Positions 1-13,031 of a stretch of DNA of 64,000 bases are shown here, piece by piece. The position numbers and the translations under genes are program-made. Each line of letters starts with the position of its first letter. The first letter of the stretch is position 1. Under the pieces are notes generated by a model. That model ran no database searches and had not been told where the DNA came from. It saw only the letters and a list, made by a program, of their open reading frames with translations. Source of the stretch: Octopus vulgaris (lineage: Eukaryota). The DNA lies in NCBI GenBank assembly GCA_951406725.2, contig OX597824.1:47058001-47122000 (forward strand), in the 5' to 3' direction.

Positions 1-951
1 AAAGTGGAGCTTGTAAGATACCATGTTAAAGAGGGAGGGGTCTAACATAAAGTTGAACCACCACCACCCCAGAAGAAAATACAAAGAAAATGGAAAGAAG
101 GGAGTACGTTCTCCAAAAGCAAGAAAAGAATAGAGATTGCAACACAGGAAGAAGTAGACGAATGCCTCGAAGAATTTAAGGATATTATTAACTTTTATAC
201 CAGAGGAAGAAGGTACAGCACAGTGGCGGTCACTTTCGTCTCCGAAGAAGAGGCAAGAAGGTACTCCACTGAGACGTTACACTCGGAAGAATGGATACTA
301 CTGCCTACCTATCCAGGCAAATGCGTTACCAGGGTCAGGATAGGCAGGATTCCACCTGAAATTGAGCCCGAGTAGCTGGCAGCAGCAGTCCTCGCCGTAG
401 GAGATGGAGGAGATGAGAACGGGCAAATCATCCAGGTAACCCGGACCCAACAAATAAACTACTGAGTTTACGGCCTGGAGATGTTCATGGTCAACCAAGT
501 GGAATATGGTGGAATACCAGACACACTAGTGCTGTCCAATTGGGTTAAGTTAGAAGAAACGCTGGAAGGAAGGCTACCGACCTGCTATTCATGTGGAGAG
601 AAGGGACACATCAAAAAAAGGTGTCCCAAACAAGTAAAAGAGGTTGCAGAGAGAGAGGTACAGGAATTGGAAACGGAGCAAACGACCCAAGATACGGAGC
701 AGGAACCAGAATTCACAGAAGTAAAAACAAGAAAAAGAGAAATGAGAGACACACCGCCGAAGGAGGATTTTACAACAAAAGAAACACAAGACACAGGAAG
801 TAGTATCATGCCCAAGACAAGAAACAACAACGACAAGCAGAAACAACATGCCCACAGTATCACCAAAAAAGAAAAACAACACAAACAGAGCGAAATCACC
901 AAGCAAACACACAGATGTACAGGCACACAATCACGCAGAAAAAACTATTGA
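1..951 (+). mobile_element. Non-LTR retrotransposon (L1/Tx1-like) ORF1 remnant with CCHC zinc knuckle
   Basis: RGRRYSTVAVTF...WILLPTYPGK...GRIPPEIE (with in-frame stops), then CYSCGEKGHIKKRC knuckle in ORF 481..951. Homologous to two further copies at about 1045-1700 and 2101-3190. Confidence 0.7.
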
Positions 952-1044
952 GAATTTTTAGAGAAAAAAAAGAACAGAAAGAGAACTGACAATGAACGTT
1001 TTAAAAGAATGTTTGTAGAAACATTTGAATATCATGTAACCATC

Positions 1045-1700
1045 CCGGAGTAAGGACGGAGTGGCCGTCACATCCTCATTTGTATAAACCCTGGATGACC
1101 ATTTCCAACTCATTTTTATTTATGTTCTTGCCACTTTTAATATCTTTGCGTCTTCGTGGGTTCTGTGCATCACGGTTGCCACCAGCCACGCTTCTTCAAT
1201 TTAAGGTGGTACCTTGCCTATCCTAATTCTTGCAACTCTTTTGCCGCAGTAGGTCGGCAGGAGTACCCATTCTTGCGACTTCCGCGTCACAGTGGAGTCA
1301 TTTATTGCCTCTTGTTCGGTGGCAAACCTCAACTCCACTGTGCCGTATCTTCTACCTCTTTACTTCTTCCAGACATTTCTCTATCGCTTCTTCTGTAGCT
1401 ATCCTCAATCTTTTTACTGGCTGTGGACAGAACACTGTAAACTACTGTCCTTTTTGTTTTGTTGGTTACTTCTTCTGGAGGGGTCAGGCTTAAACTTAAT
1501 CCCTACTTCTGGATCATCTCGTTCTACTTTTCAACTTCTGAGGTTCAATTTTGACCTCCCGCACCTCCAGCGAATCCATCGCGTTGGTACATTTTCCAGC
1601 CGTCGAAGTATAGCTCCCGGCATGGGCTTGAACTGGTTCGCAATTCATTTCTTTTTTCGAGTCTCTTCACCCAAAAATGGAGGCAAAAAACAAACACAAA
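1045..1700 (-). mobile_element. Second, inverted LINE ORF1 remnant (5' part)
   Basis: Minus strand reads RGRRYGTVELRFA...WVLLPTYCGKRVARIRIGKVPP*IEEAWLVA, paralogous to the copy at 1-951. Boundaries approximate. Confidence 0.65.
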
Positions 1701-2100
1701 AAACACAGGCCCGCAGGCAAAAACAGCAACAGTATTCAACAAAACTCAACAACATCAATCATAGGCACACCCACAAGGGAGAACCTTCAACAAAAGATAA
1801 CACGACTTATCTGCGACAGGAATCACAAATGATTTAGACTGACACACGTTGATTTTTTATTTCCCACAAGGGATACACACAGAAGGGGACAGTAGAAGAC
1901 ATGTGGGGACACGAAACAAAGAAAAAAGACAAAAAGAAAACACGTATGTAAACAAGATGAAATGAAAAATGAAAATGAAAGACGTAATGAAGCTTCTCGG
2001 CCCCACCTCCGAGCAGCTTCATTTATACCTTTTTAACACTTTTTAAACTTTCTACCAGCCAAAATATCCACTTTGTATTCCTCTAATAGCTCTAAGTACG

Positions 2101-3190
2101 TTAAGTAGCATAGCAATTGATTAATATCCACATCCACCTCCAACATTTATATCCATTTTTATATTTCATTATTATTGATCTTTGCTCTTCAGTTAATAGT
2201 AGGCAACAATGCCATCCTTCAGTATTGTCATGTCTTTTTGTATCTACCGCTATAAAATCTCGCCAAGTTTCTATCTCTTCACAAAGTTTCTTATTCGATC
2301 CATCATACATGAGCGCGTCACTATTTTTTCCTTTTACCGGAGGAGGGGAAATTTGAGCGTTTTTGTCTGAATGCGATCTTTTTGTGTCAGAGGAAAGTGG
2401 GAAGGTTTGGTGTCTGTAAGGGGAGGATGGGACGAAGAGAGTGTGGGTGAGTGTTGAGTGGTTGTGGGGAGGGGGTCTGTGTCCATTTGACTTGTTTTCT
2501 GTCTTTTTCTTTTTCCCCGTCGTCTCCCATTCATTATTTGATTCATTTTCTTTTTCCTCCGTTGTTGGTGATTCTACCTCTTCCTCTCTCATTGGTTCTT
2601 CCTGGAGTTCTTCTGTCGTTTGGGGCGGCGAAGAGCAGTCCGCTCTAATGTAACCTTTCAGACCACACTTAAAACATCGAAGGGTTCTACCCTCCAACTT
2701 AGCCCTCATTATTAAATCATCCAATATAACCGTTTCTGTAAGGTTTTCGATACTTTCTGTCGACCCCTGGATGATCATATCCAGAGTCTGACCTTTCCAG
2801 TGTCTGCTTTCAGTTTTCGTGACCTGGAGAACCGCAATCTTCTCGTTTCCGAGTAAGACAGCAGCTACTATCCAGGCCACATCGACTTCCGGTGGTATAC
2901 CCTCTACCCCAACCCCGGAAGCACTCCTTCCAAGGTATGTGAGTAGGAGTACCACTTCTTCACTTTTCACAGGAGTTGCTGAATGCTTCCTAGGTGTCAC
3001 TGCCTCTTTAAAACGCACCTCTACAGTTCCGTATTTGGCACCTCTGTCAAGATACGTAATCTTTTGTCAGATTGGCCTTTGTGCTTTTTCTATCTGGGTT
3101 TACATGATGTCCACCTTCCCTGCTTCTACTGAGTAAGTTTTGTACCCTCTCGTACGCTCTTTTTTATCATTCACTATTTCCTGAGGAGGG
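2101..3190 (-). mobile_element. Third LINE ORF1 remnant with CCHC zinc knuckle
   Basis: RGAKYGTVEVRFK...LLLTYLGR...GIPPEVDVAWIVAAVL...LEGRTLRCFKCGLKGYIRADC in and just upstream of ORF 2101..3018. Confidence 0.7.
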
Positions 3191-3552
3191 ATAATTTTAC
3201 ATTATATCGTTCTCGACTCATATTTCTATAATTTTCCAATTATCTTGTTTTACGTCCTTTACATTATAAGAAATGTGATATACGATTTTGGAGAATAATA
3301 TTACAATTGGAAGTGGGGTGGATCTATTTACGAAACAATGTTTTGAAATCTATATTTTTAAAATGGAACAGAAGTAAACTTTCAAATTCATACACCTAAT
3401 TCAGTGTGTAATATGTTTCTATATAATTTCGGTTTATATAATTCATTGAATTCGACACATCGTTGTGGGTGTTAAGTCAATCTCAAATATGGTGATTACT
3501 CAATGCTGTGGAAGTAAAACTGTTAATGAATTACATTATTACGTGCAGTGGG

Positions 3553-3775
3553 AGACAGTGAGCTGGCAGAATCGTTAACACGCCGGACAAAGTGCTTAAC
3601 CGCATTTCGTCCGTTTTCACGTTCTGTGAATGTGTTTAAATTCCACCGTAGTTGACTTTGTCTTTCATCCTTTCAGGGTCGATAAAATAAGTCCCAATTG
3701 GGCATTGGAGTCGATGTAATTGACACTAGCCCCCTTCCCCAAAATTTCAGGCTTTATGTCTACAGTTGAAGGGAT
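3553..3775 (+). repeat. tRNA-derived SINE (Nin/Deu-domain-like core)
   Basis: GAGCTGGCAGAATCGTTA head and TTTCATCCTTTCAGGGTCGATAAAATAAGT core. Other copies near 15255-15655(-), 17290-17700(-), 19910-20125(-), 21285-21500(+), 40140-40305(-). Confidence 0.7.
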
Positions 3776-4569
3776 TATCATATACAGTACTATATACTTT
3801 TTCTAAAGTCTGTAAATGCTTTGTTGAATGATAGTGATTAGACAGCATGTTCTTTTATTCCCTTATCCGCAAATACCAACAAGCCAACCGTATCTTTAGT
3901 ATTACAAAGGCTAAAATGTTCAAAAGCAATTCCTTCTCTTCAGTTTCATGATATTGAATGAACGAGGGATAACTTTTCGCATGTCGAATTATGATATCAG
4001 TTTATTAAATATAAAACTTGCAAAGGATTTATGAATCAGCTCATCAAATTATTTCCCAAAATACAACGAAAACATATGGACTTTTTAACACCAATAAGTT
4101 AGTAGTAGTTATACAATATTTTAGTACTAACCTGTTTCAGTTTAACAATCTTATTTTTAGAATAAATTCGAAATAAACTGTAGCATAATGACATTACTAA
4201 AAGAAAGAAATAATTTCGGAAGATAATGAAATTTGAAACCCCGAGAAATGATTATTTGAATATTAATGCAATTAATTGATCTTCACTCCGAATCCCTGTG
4301 CCATCAGTGTCTTATGGATCGTGCTCTTCAAGCGTTTCTTCAAATCAATTGTTTGTATGTTTTGTCTCTCTTGCCACATGGTCATGGTGATGTGGAACTC
4401 AAGTGATGCCAATTTACTTTGTGTGATTGTCATTTGCCTTTATCTCAGAAATAATTTCTTATATATTCAGCTCTCATTGATAAAATATCATATATGATCA
4501 TCAGAGTGTTTAGCTTATCAAAATCTGTGGAGGAAGTGTCTGAATTCATATGTGTAAAATATTTTTCAG

Positions 4570-4737
4570 CAACTACACCTCAGACGAACGAAACTTCCGC
4601 AAAATGCAGCTACCATGGACAAATATATGCATTTGGCCAGATATTCACAGCTGTAGATAAATGTAATAATTGCAGTTGTAAATCCAAAGGAAAAGTGGAA
4701 TGTACCGAAAAGAAATGTTTACCCTCAACAACTCCAG
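4570..4737 (+). CDS. Exon 1 of 14 visible: six-Cys VWC/pacifastin-like module (phase 1-1)
   Basis: tttttcag|CA...CCAG|gtaata; 168 bp; TTPQTNETSAKCSYHGQIYAFGQIFTAVDKCNNCSCKSKGKVECTEKKCLPSTTP. Confidence 0.9.
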
Positions 4738-5494
4738 GTAATACTAAAAGTTGTTTTTGAAACAGAATGTACTGAATATTAATTATGTCATAAACTCCAT
4801 CACCGTTTTATGCAAAAACAAATTTTGCGTTCTTCTAAACGTATATGATTAGTATGTGACTAGTGTTTTTAAAAATTTACACACACGCATATGTATATAC
4901 TTATATACTTATATACAATATATATACATAAGTGTGTGTACCAATGTTTGTACGTATGCATGCATTTATGGATGGATGGATGGACGTATGTATGTATGTA
5001 TGTATGTATGTATGTATGTATGTATGTATGTATGTATGTATGTGCAGGAATTTTTTTTAGAAAATATTCGGCTGATAATGAGTACAAAATTGTTCTGTAA
5101 CCTATCTCCTCATATTCTCCAGTAGATAACGTGTTATAATGGTACATCAGCAACTTAAAAATCTTGTTGCTGTCATCTGGTTTTACTTTCTTTACAGTGT
5201 AATAAATGTTATAAGATTTTAAAGAATAATTTTGGGTTTGGAAGTGGGCGGTTGTGAGGGGAACAATATCTTGAAATCTAAATTAATAAAATGTGGATCA
5301 GGAGGCTGTTTCTATGCTGACATCCAATTCAGTGTGTAATATATGTTTCTTAATGATTTTAACTTTAATTCTTTATACACTCAAGAAAGTAATTTTCTAA
5401 GTGCCTTTTTGTGAATGTCAAGTCAGTCTCCAACATGTTGCCTGTATAATATTAGGGAAATGACAACGTTAATGGATTCAATTTTTGCATACAA

Positions 5495-8400
5495 TCTATA
5501 TATATAAAACAGAAAATGTCTGTGGGCGTATGTGTGTGTGTGAAAGTTCGAAGGTTTATAACTCGAGTTCCACCTAACCGATTTGATTGAAATTTCAGAC
5601 ATGCATTTTGGTATGTTCTGAGGCATGTTTTAGTCATAACAACTGCTTCGATCAATGTTTGATTTTCGCAAAAATTCGATCGATTTATTACCGATTTCTT
5701 TCAAAAAGTCGTCCGATTTTGATCAAGCTTGACATACCTATGCATTCTTACCCAAGGTTTTTCGTTTCGTTATTATTTTTTTCAAATTCCGTTTTGTTTG
5801 GGCACAGCACGGGAAAAACCGACTCAAAAAAATGCCTTAGCGCCAGAATCATTGAGCCGATTTAAACGAAACTCGATAAACGAATGCATTTTCACCCAAC
5901 GAGTCTTATGTCATGGTTCATTTCATTAAATTGCGCTTTGTTTGAGCACAATTCGACAAATTAACATTCGAACAACATACCTTTGTTGAGGTAGCTCCTG
6001 ACTTGCTTTTGTCAGAATACTGACCCCGTTCCTTCTGCGTTGCATAAACAATTCATCTCCACCATGGTATGCACACACGTTGTGTCCCCACGTGACCTCA
6101 AAATAGCCACTGCCAATAACAGTAAACATCCAGCACTGAGGCTTTCCATTGCAATAAATGAAAGCGATTTCTATGTGTAGCATGAGATAGTTAAAGCAAC
6201 AAAGCCTCTGCACTGCACAAGCTACTGGTAAGTACTTACTACTTCATCATCCATTTCACCAGCATGGGTCTTAATAAATTACCATGAAACTGCAGAAACA
6301 TGAGGCCCTACATTTAAGAAAAGACGGTTTGGGACGTGACATTGTTAAAGCAATAACCTTGGTAACTTCTTGAATCAAATCAATACCCAAGCTGCCTTTC
6401 TAAAAGTTATTTTTTGCGCTGCTTACGGTTTCCATGTACAAGTGCTTTCGGGTGAAGCCGGCCCAAACCGCTGAACCACCAGACCGATTAGATTGAAATT
6501 TCAGATATGCATTAGATATGTTCCGAGGCATGTTTTAGTTATAACAACTGCTTCGATCAATGTTCAGTTTTCACAAAAAACTTGATCGATAATTATCGAT
6601 TTTTTCAAGAAGTCGTCCGACTTCAACCAAACTCGGTACACAATTGCAGTTTGACCCAAAGAGTTTCATGGCGTCGCGGTACTCAGCGGATGACCGGAAT
6701 ACTGAAACTGAACTACAGAAGCGCAATGAAGTTGCGTACCACTTAATTAATGTGTTTATTAGTCCAGCATTTGATGTGACACCAGATTATTCAGATTTAT
6801 TTGTGCTAGGGATCCACTATAACAGCTACACGGTGCATCCGAGCCAACACAAGTGCTTTTGTCTTCGTCTGCTACATGAGTTACGTGGGCCCCAGTCGTT
6901 TGATGACTTAAGGACTGTCGATGGCTCTGTATGCAGCACATACAAGGAAGCATGCCTCAAGCGCGATTTCCTGGAAGATGATGCGCAATGGGAGACTACG
7001 TTATTCGAAGCTGTTGCATCCCAGACACTTAAACGTCTACGAACTCTATTTGCTCTTATGCTACACATTTGTGAACTGAACAACCCTTTGTTTTTGTGGA
7101 TCAAATTTAAAGACGACTTATCGGAGGACTTCATACGTCAGACGAAGTTTCTTTTTCCTGGGATAGAAAGTATAAGCGATGAGGTATACAATCAAGTCTT
7201 GATGACATTGAAAATACAGTTGTATCACTCGGTGGGAATGACTTTCCCTCATACGGTCTGCCTAAACTGCTACGTTCAGAGTCAAATTTACTTTCTGCAG
7301 CTCTTTTTCGAGAGATGTCCTTCGACACAAATGCCCTTGCCAATTTCGTCCTAGAAACTTTACCAAAGCTTCTTCCGGATCAACGGCATGTTTATACGCG
7401 TGTGACTGATCATGTGAGTCACAGGAAAGGTGGTTTGTTTTTTCTTGATGCTCCAGGGAGTACAGGCAAAACCTTTGTAACAAAGCTCATCCTAGCGACG
7501 GTCAGGATGCAAAAGAGCATTGTGGTTGCGGTCGCATCTTCAGGGATTGCTGCAACTTTGCTGCCGGGCGGCAGAACTGCACACTCCACCTTTAAGTTGC
7601 CCCTCAGTTTAACTAAGTCAGAAACACCTACCTGCAATATAAGCAAGAACTCTGACCAGGGCCAAGTGCTGAAATGCTGTCAGCTTATTGTGTGGACGAG
7701 TATACTATGACCCACAATGGAGCCTTCGACGCATTATACAAAACCCTTCAAGATATCGAGGGTTGCGAAGCCCCCGTGGGAGGTGTTACGTTTTTGCTCT
7801 CAGGTGACTTTAGGCAAACTCTTCCTGTTATCCCCAAAGGCAAGCGAGCAGATGAGGTTCAAGCATGCCTTAAGTCGTCTCCGCTCTGGCGTCATGTCAG
7901 GTCACTGACCCTGACAACCAGCATGAGGGCTCGATTGCTCGGCGACCAAAAGTCGGCTAACTTCGCAAGTGACATTCTGAATCTTGGTGACGGTAAAGTG
8001 TCTCTTGACGCTGATGGGGAACTGGACGTCCACCCGTTCACAACTCCTGTTTCATCTTTGGCCTAACTCACCGATAAAGTGTTTCCCCATTTAAAAGATA
8101 ATTATTTCAGTCATGAATGCCTGTCTGAAAGAACAGTGCTGGTTCCGAAAAATGTGACCGTTACAAATCTCAATGATTAACTGTTGCAGTCACTCCCCGG
8201 TGTTCCTTTCGCATACAAATCTTTAGATACGATGGCAGATGCGAATGAATCGGTATATTTTCCAACGGAGTTACTCAACTCTTTAGACCCTCCGCCACAT
8301 CTGCTCCACCTTAAAGTTGGAACTCCGGTTATGCTTCTGCGCAATTTGAGCACCCCCACCACCACCACCAGACTGTGCAACTAACACGTCTAGTTGTAAA

Positions 8401-9432
8401 AAAAACTGATGAAGCATGTTGTCGAGGCAACCATCCTATCCGGATGCAGAAAAGGTGAGGATGTATTCATTCCCAGGATTCCCCTTACTCCCTCGGGAGC
8501 AGACATACCTTTCACCTTCAGAAGACTGCAATTCCAGCTCCGGCCCAGCTTCTCAATGTCTGTCAACAAGTCCCAGGGCCAAACTCTTTGTGTGGCTGGA
8601 CTTCTCTTGAAAGAGCCTTGCTTTTCCCACGGCCAGCTGTACGTTGCATACTCCAGAGTCGGCAGTAGAGACAGAGTGTTCGCATTAACACGTCGGGGAA
8701 AGACAAGGAACATTGTCTACAACGAAGTGCTACGTACTTGCCAAGGCTAAAGTGGGTACGTTAACGCCATGCATATATATATAACGAGGTATGCTCAGAT
8801 ACTTTTACTATTTTTCCTATATCAGACGGAAGCATCAGAAAAGGGCGCCTGTCTCTTGACATTCTGAGGGTTTATGGAAGGCGTTCGTGTGGTGCTCCTA
8901 TGATGGCAAAGAGGTGGTGATTCTTTGCAGTTGCACGATAATAATGTGAAGAAACAATGTTGTCAAACAGCTACTACAAACGGACCAGCGGAAAGGCAGG
9001 TTAAGTATCACATATTTGAGGACATTTCTGCTGCCTTCTATACGGTCGATTACCTCAAGTATGTTTATTCATAACATTAAAGTGACCAATTCAACGGAAA
9101 GGATACCAATTTTCAAAATGCATGGTGGCTTCATGTTGCATGAACCTCTTGAGGGCGATATTCCAACTGTTGAAATTGTCCCAACTGCTAAAATTATTTA
9201 ACTCGTTCTCTTCCTATACGTTTATCTGTGTGCTTCTTTCTATGGCTTCATTCGCAAGCGTGTGGTTCTAATCTGCGCTGGGCTGAGGAGTAAGCTGTTG
9301 AAATGAGAAGAGCATTGCGTGAAAGCGGTAGCCAAGGTAGGGCTCAAAGATTTTCTCAAGTGTAAGGCCTCATCTTTCCACAGTTGAATGGCAATTTATT
9401 AAGACCCGTGCAACTCCGAGTACTACTGCTAG
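5495..9432 (+). mobile_element. Helitron, internally deleted, with decayed RepHel
   Basis: 5' end A|TCTATATATATAAAA at 5495; 3' GC-rich hairpin-like GACCCGTGCAACTCCGAG then CTAG|T at 9432; inserted between A and T; contains Pif1 helicase remnants; about 150 bp internal direct repeat (5575-5720 vs 6480-6640). Confidence 0.85.
6830..8750 (+). pseudogene. Helitron Pif1-family (SF1B) helicase, frameshifted
   Basis: Motifs in order across broken frames: LRGPQSFDDLRTVDG, FFLDAPGSTGKTF, VASSGIAATLLPGGRTAHSTFKLP, GDFRQTLPVIP, LKVGTPVMLLRNL, NKSQGQT, FSHGQLYVAYSRV. Confidence 0.92.
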
Positions 9433-10175
9433 TATTAAATATTTTTGTAGATGTTTAGCTACAAGGTCAATTGTTTTGTTTGTATTGTAGTATCTGTAGA
9501 TAAGCTGAAATACTATATTACTAAAATATTACAGTGATTAGCTTATACATTTTCTGTCAACAGTTACCTCAAAAAGTGCCCAGGAATTCTAAAATCAAAT
9601 TTTTTATCTCCAGTCTCATGGAGCTGAGTTCAATAAGTTATAGATAACGTCTCCGCTATTGAGGATGTGAAACTATAACAAGAAACATATGTTGGAAGTA
9701 GTGAATCGGTGCACATCGTTATCCTCCCCTAAACCAAGTGAAATGCCTTCAGCTAATGATTTTAACACATACTTGTCTCCTGTGTTTTGTAGTCCTATAT
9801 CTTATCACTGAGCTGTTTCTGTTTAATCTCATTAGTGGAATTTATTCAAACTAAATTATAACCCTAAATGGCATTATTGCAATGAACACATCAAATCCGA
9901 TAAATAAATGGGAATTAAATTTTTTCTTTTAATATTGATGTAATGATTATTCATTTTGATCTCGAGTTCAATAATTATGAATGTATTTCAATGCAAATTA
10001 GAAGTTTGTAACCGGTGTATTTTCTTGCTAGCTACATTAATGATTTATAACATTGTGTCGCTTTTCTGTCGTTCGTCTTGGTGTTACATTCAAAAGCCTA
10101 ATAAACTGGTCAACTATTTTGTATGCGGAGGCGCCTTCGAATTCATATTGAATTCTTGTTAAACTTTTCTTTCAG

Positions 10176-10343
10176 AGACTACGACACAGATAAAAGAAAA
10201 TTTCTTTCTTTGCCGCTACCACGGAAATGTATACATTATCGGGCAGACGTTCACCGCTGAAGATAAATGTAATACTTGTTCTTGCAAATCCAATAGAACT
10301 ATAACATGTACTGAACGAAAATGCACTTCAGGAAAAAGTCAAG
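10176..10343 (+). CDS. Exon 2: six-Cys module (absent from ORF track)
   Basis: ttctttcag|AG...CAAG|gtaata; 168 bp; (E)TTTQIKENFFLCRYHGNVYIIGQTFTAEDKCNTCSCKSNRTITCTERKCTSGKSQ. Confidence 0.9.
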
Positions 10344-10542
10344 GTAATACGAAACATGACAGAATGAAAATAATTCAGAGAGGCGTCCTGCCTACTAAAT
10401 ACAGATAAGGTAGAATCTTGAATGCGTAATATAGTAAACTGAGGTGTGTGTTCTGCATTCTAAGATCCGGGTAAGGTCTTACATCAGTAACGTAGCAAAC
10501 TAAAGGACTTCCATCAACTAAGTTTATCCAAGCAATGTGTAT

Positions 10543-10602
<60 letters not shown>

Positions 10603-10606
<4 letters not shown>

Positions 10607-10930
10607 CTCAGTGGTTAGAGCATCGGGCTTACAATCGTGAAATTGTGAATTCGATTCCTGGACCGGGTTGTGTATTGTGTTTTTGAGCAAGACACTTTAT
10701 TTGACGTTGCTCCAGTTCACTCAGCTGTAGAAATAGGTTGCGTCGTCACTGACAGCCAAGCTGTATCGGTCTTTATCTTTCTCTTAGACAACATCGGTGG
10801 CGTGGAGAGGGAAGACTGATATGCATGTGCGACTGGTGGTCTTCCACAAACAACCTTGCCCGGACTTCTGCCTCGGAGGGAAACTTTCTAGATGCAATCC
10901 TCTGATCATTCGTGACCGAAGGGGGTTTTA
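10603..10930 (+). repeat. tRNA-derived SINE (second family)
   Basis: GGCTCAGTGGTTAGAGCA A box, GAATTCGATTCC B box, TTGAGCAAGACACTTTATTT core. Related copies at about 41653-41970(+) and 50797-51085(+). Copies with different heads or shared tails at 22795-23168(-) and 51232-51510(+). Confidence 0.7.
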
Positions 10931-11087
10931 GAAACAGCTGTAAGATAATGAAGTTCATAAGATAATAATTTATTCCTTTGTCATCTCATTTTCTTATTAC
11001 CTCTCTATACTCGTCTAGCACTTCGTTCTAAAGTAAGCATATACTGAGTTCTACACCAGGTTATTAGTCTCGAAATACCTAAGGGAA

Positions 11088-11088
<1 letters not shown>

Positions 11089-11167
<79 letters not shown>
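11089..11167. repeat. (TAGA)n microsatellite
   Basis: Direct reading; another array at about 51577-51674. Confidence 0.95.
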
Positions 11168-11168
<1 letters not shown>

Positions 11169-11309
11169 AAGTATGGGCATTTAGTTCACAGGTGATTTAA
11201 ACGATTAGGTACGCCAGGTAAGTGCTGTAACGGATTACTATGGCTCCAAGATTATAGCCGAAACGGTAGTTATGGAGACATTGCAGATGATATATAATGG
11301 TTAAACAGG

Positions 11310-11910
11310 TCAACAAACGTTAAGGCAAGGCAAACAATATTATTATTGGAAAAAAGTTCAAGTCTCACAGTTGTTTCTGAGATATCCCGTCATCAGAGAC
11401 AAATAGCAAAAAATAGGGGAAATGAGAATGGAATATATATATATTAATGAGATGACGACATAGAGGTAGGGAGTAAAAGAATAAGGAGGTAGAAAGAAAG
11501 AAGAAAAAAGAAATGTATAAGTTCTTAGGTGCAATCCTGCGTAGATCCATGTTGATTAAAATCCAGAGAAAAAAATATGTTAACTATATCAGGATTTTAA
11601 CCCACTTGGATCTACGCAGGATTGCACCTAAGGACTTATGCTCTTGTTTCTATAACATCGGAAAGTTGAACTATGAACTTTTATGCTTCTTTTTTCTTCT
11701 TTCTCTCCTCTCCTTATTTTTTTACTCCCTTCCTCTATGTCGTCATCTCATTAATATATATATACCAATCTCATTTTTCCCTATTTGTCTTTAATGATGG
11801 AATATCCTATACTCGGGGATTCCCAGAAATAACTGTAAGAATTTGAATTTTTTCCAATAATAATATTATATTCGACTTGAGATGTTTGCCATGCCTTAAC
11901 GTCTGTTGCT
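11310..11910. repeat. Imperfect inverted repeat pair (Penelope-like or MITE remnant)
   Basis: Left arm ...CTTAGGTGCAATCCTGCGTAGATCCA is the reverse complement of right arm TGGATCTACGCAGGATTGCACCTAAG..., with further complementary blocks outward. A third partial copy lies at about 15140-15220. Confidence 0.65.
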
Positions 11911-11920
11911 TTCTTTAACA

Positions 11921-11958
<38 letters not shown>

Positions 11959-12111
11959 GTAGATATAATATGTGACAATTATTCGGTAGCCATGATAAAA
12001 CTCTGAGTTTCGGATGCCGAATAATTGTCACATATTACATTTACAGATAAATTCCTCTATTTACATAATATCGAGGTCTCTTTCATTCTTTTGTTGTCTT
12101 ACCATTTTTAT

Positions 12112-12153
<42 letters not shown>

Positions 12154-12244
12154 CGGGAAGCTTTATGAAAATAAACAAAAGACGAAGGCAGGTGGCATAC
12201 AAACAATTGTATTAGTATGGCGCTCAGGAATATAAATAAAACAA

Positions 12245-12284
12245 GTCTTTTACGTTTCGAGCCTACGCTCTTCAACAGAAAGAT
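12245..12284 (-). ncRNA. Minimal type I hammerhead-ribozyme-like motif (core variant CUGUUGA) in a Penelope-like repeat
   Basis: Minus strand ATCTTT CTGTTGA A GAGC-GTAG-GCTC GAAA C GT A AAAGAC: helix I TCTTT/AAAGA, 4-bp helix II, palindromic ACGT helix III. Conserved A6 is replaced by U. Confidence 0.5.
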
Positions 12285-12863
12285 ACACAGAAAATAAACG
12301 AGTGAAAAAAATGTGTGCAGAAGCTAGCGATTCAACATGGCGATTCTGGCCAGAAGTCAGAGATCAAACGTGAGACGCAAGAGCGAAAATAGGGGAGATA
12401 ACAGGGTCAAATGACTTCGCCCCAACATAAGGGTGCGTATGTGTATGAGAGAGTATGTGGTGCGTATGAAAGGTCTGGATGTGTGTATGTATGTATGATG
12501 TGATGTGTAATGTCGTATGGTGTAGTGTAGAGAGGGGAGATGAGGGGGAGAGTGAGAGTGAGAGTGGAGGAGGGGGGATGGGAGGGGGGAGGGAGGGGAG
12601 GGGGAAATGAGGGGAGAGGGGATGATAGTGCCTTTAGTCTATTCTGAATAGTCACTTACTTCAAGTGCCTTTTTATATATGTCCTCATAAAGACAGTGAA
12701 CTAAGGTAATAAATTTACATTTTGTATCTATTTTGTGTTCTGAATTCAGTGAAAAGTACACTTAGAATATTCTCTCGTCATTGTCTGATAAATTGTCGAC
12801 CAAATCTTTGCGAATCGTCTTCAAATACTTATTAATTGAAATTGTGTAAAGGTCTTCTTTCAG

Positions 12864-13031
12864 ATATTACAACACAGAAGATCGATATTTTAATTGAATG
12901 TAACTATAGTGGGAAAACATACAAATTTGGGCAGACGTTCATAGCAGTGGATAAATGCAATCAGTGCACCTGTAAGACCAAAGGAAATGTAACATGTACC
13001 TCAAAGACATGTCCTCCCAAAACTTCTGAAG
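12864..13031 (+). CDS. Exon 3: six-Cys module
   Basis: ttctttcag|AT...GAAG|gtaatg; 168 bp; (D)ITTQKIDILIECNYSGKTYKFGQTFIAVDKCNQCTCKTKGNVTCTSKTCPPKTSE. Confidence 0.92.

Noticed and set aside
1292-1837. 181-aa + strand ORF
   Set aside because: Antisense shadow of the minus-strand LINE ORF1 remnant.
6644-8750. Host PIF1 helicase gene
   Set aside because: Intronless, frameshifted and enclosed by Helitron TC/CTAG termini.
10603-10665. tRNA-like sequences with A/B boxes (also 41653, 50797, 51232, 23100-23168)
   Set aside because: SINE heads continuing into SINE cores, not tRNA genes.
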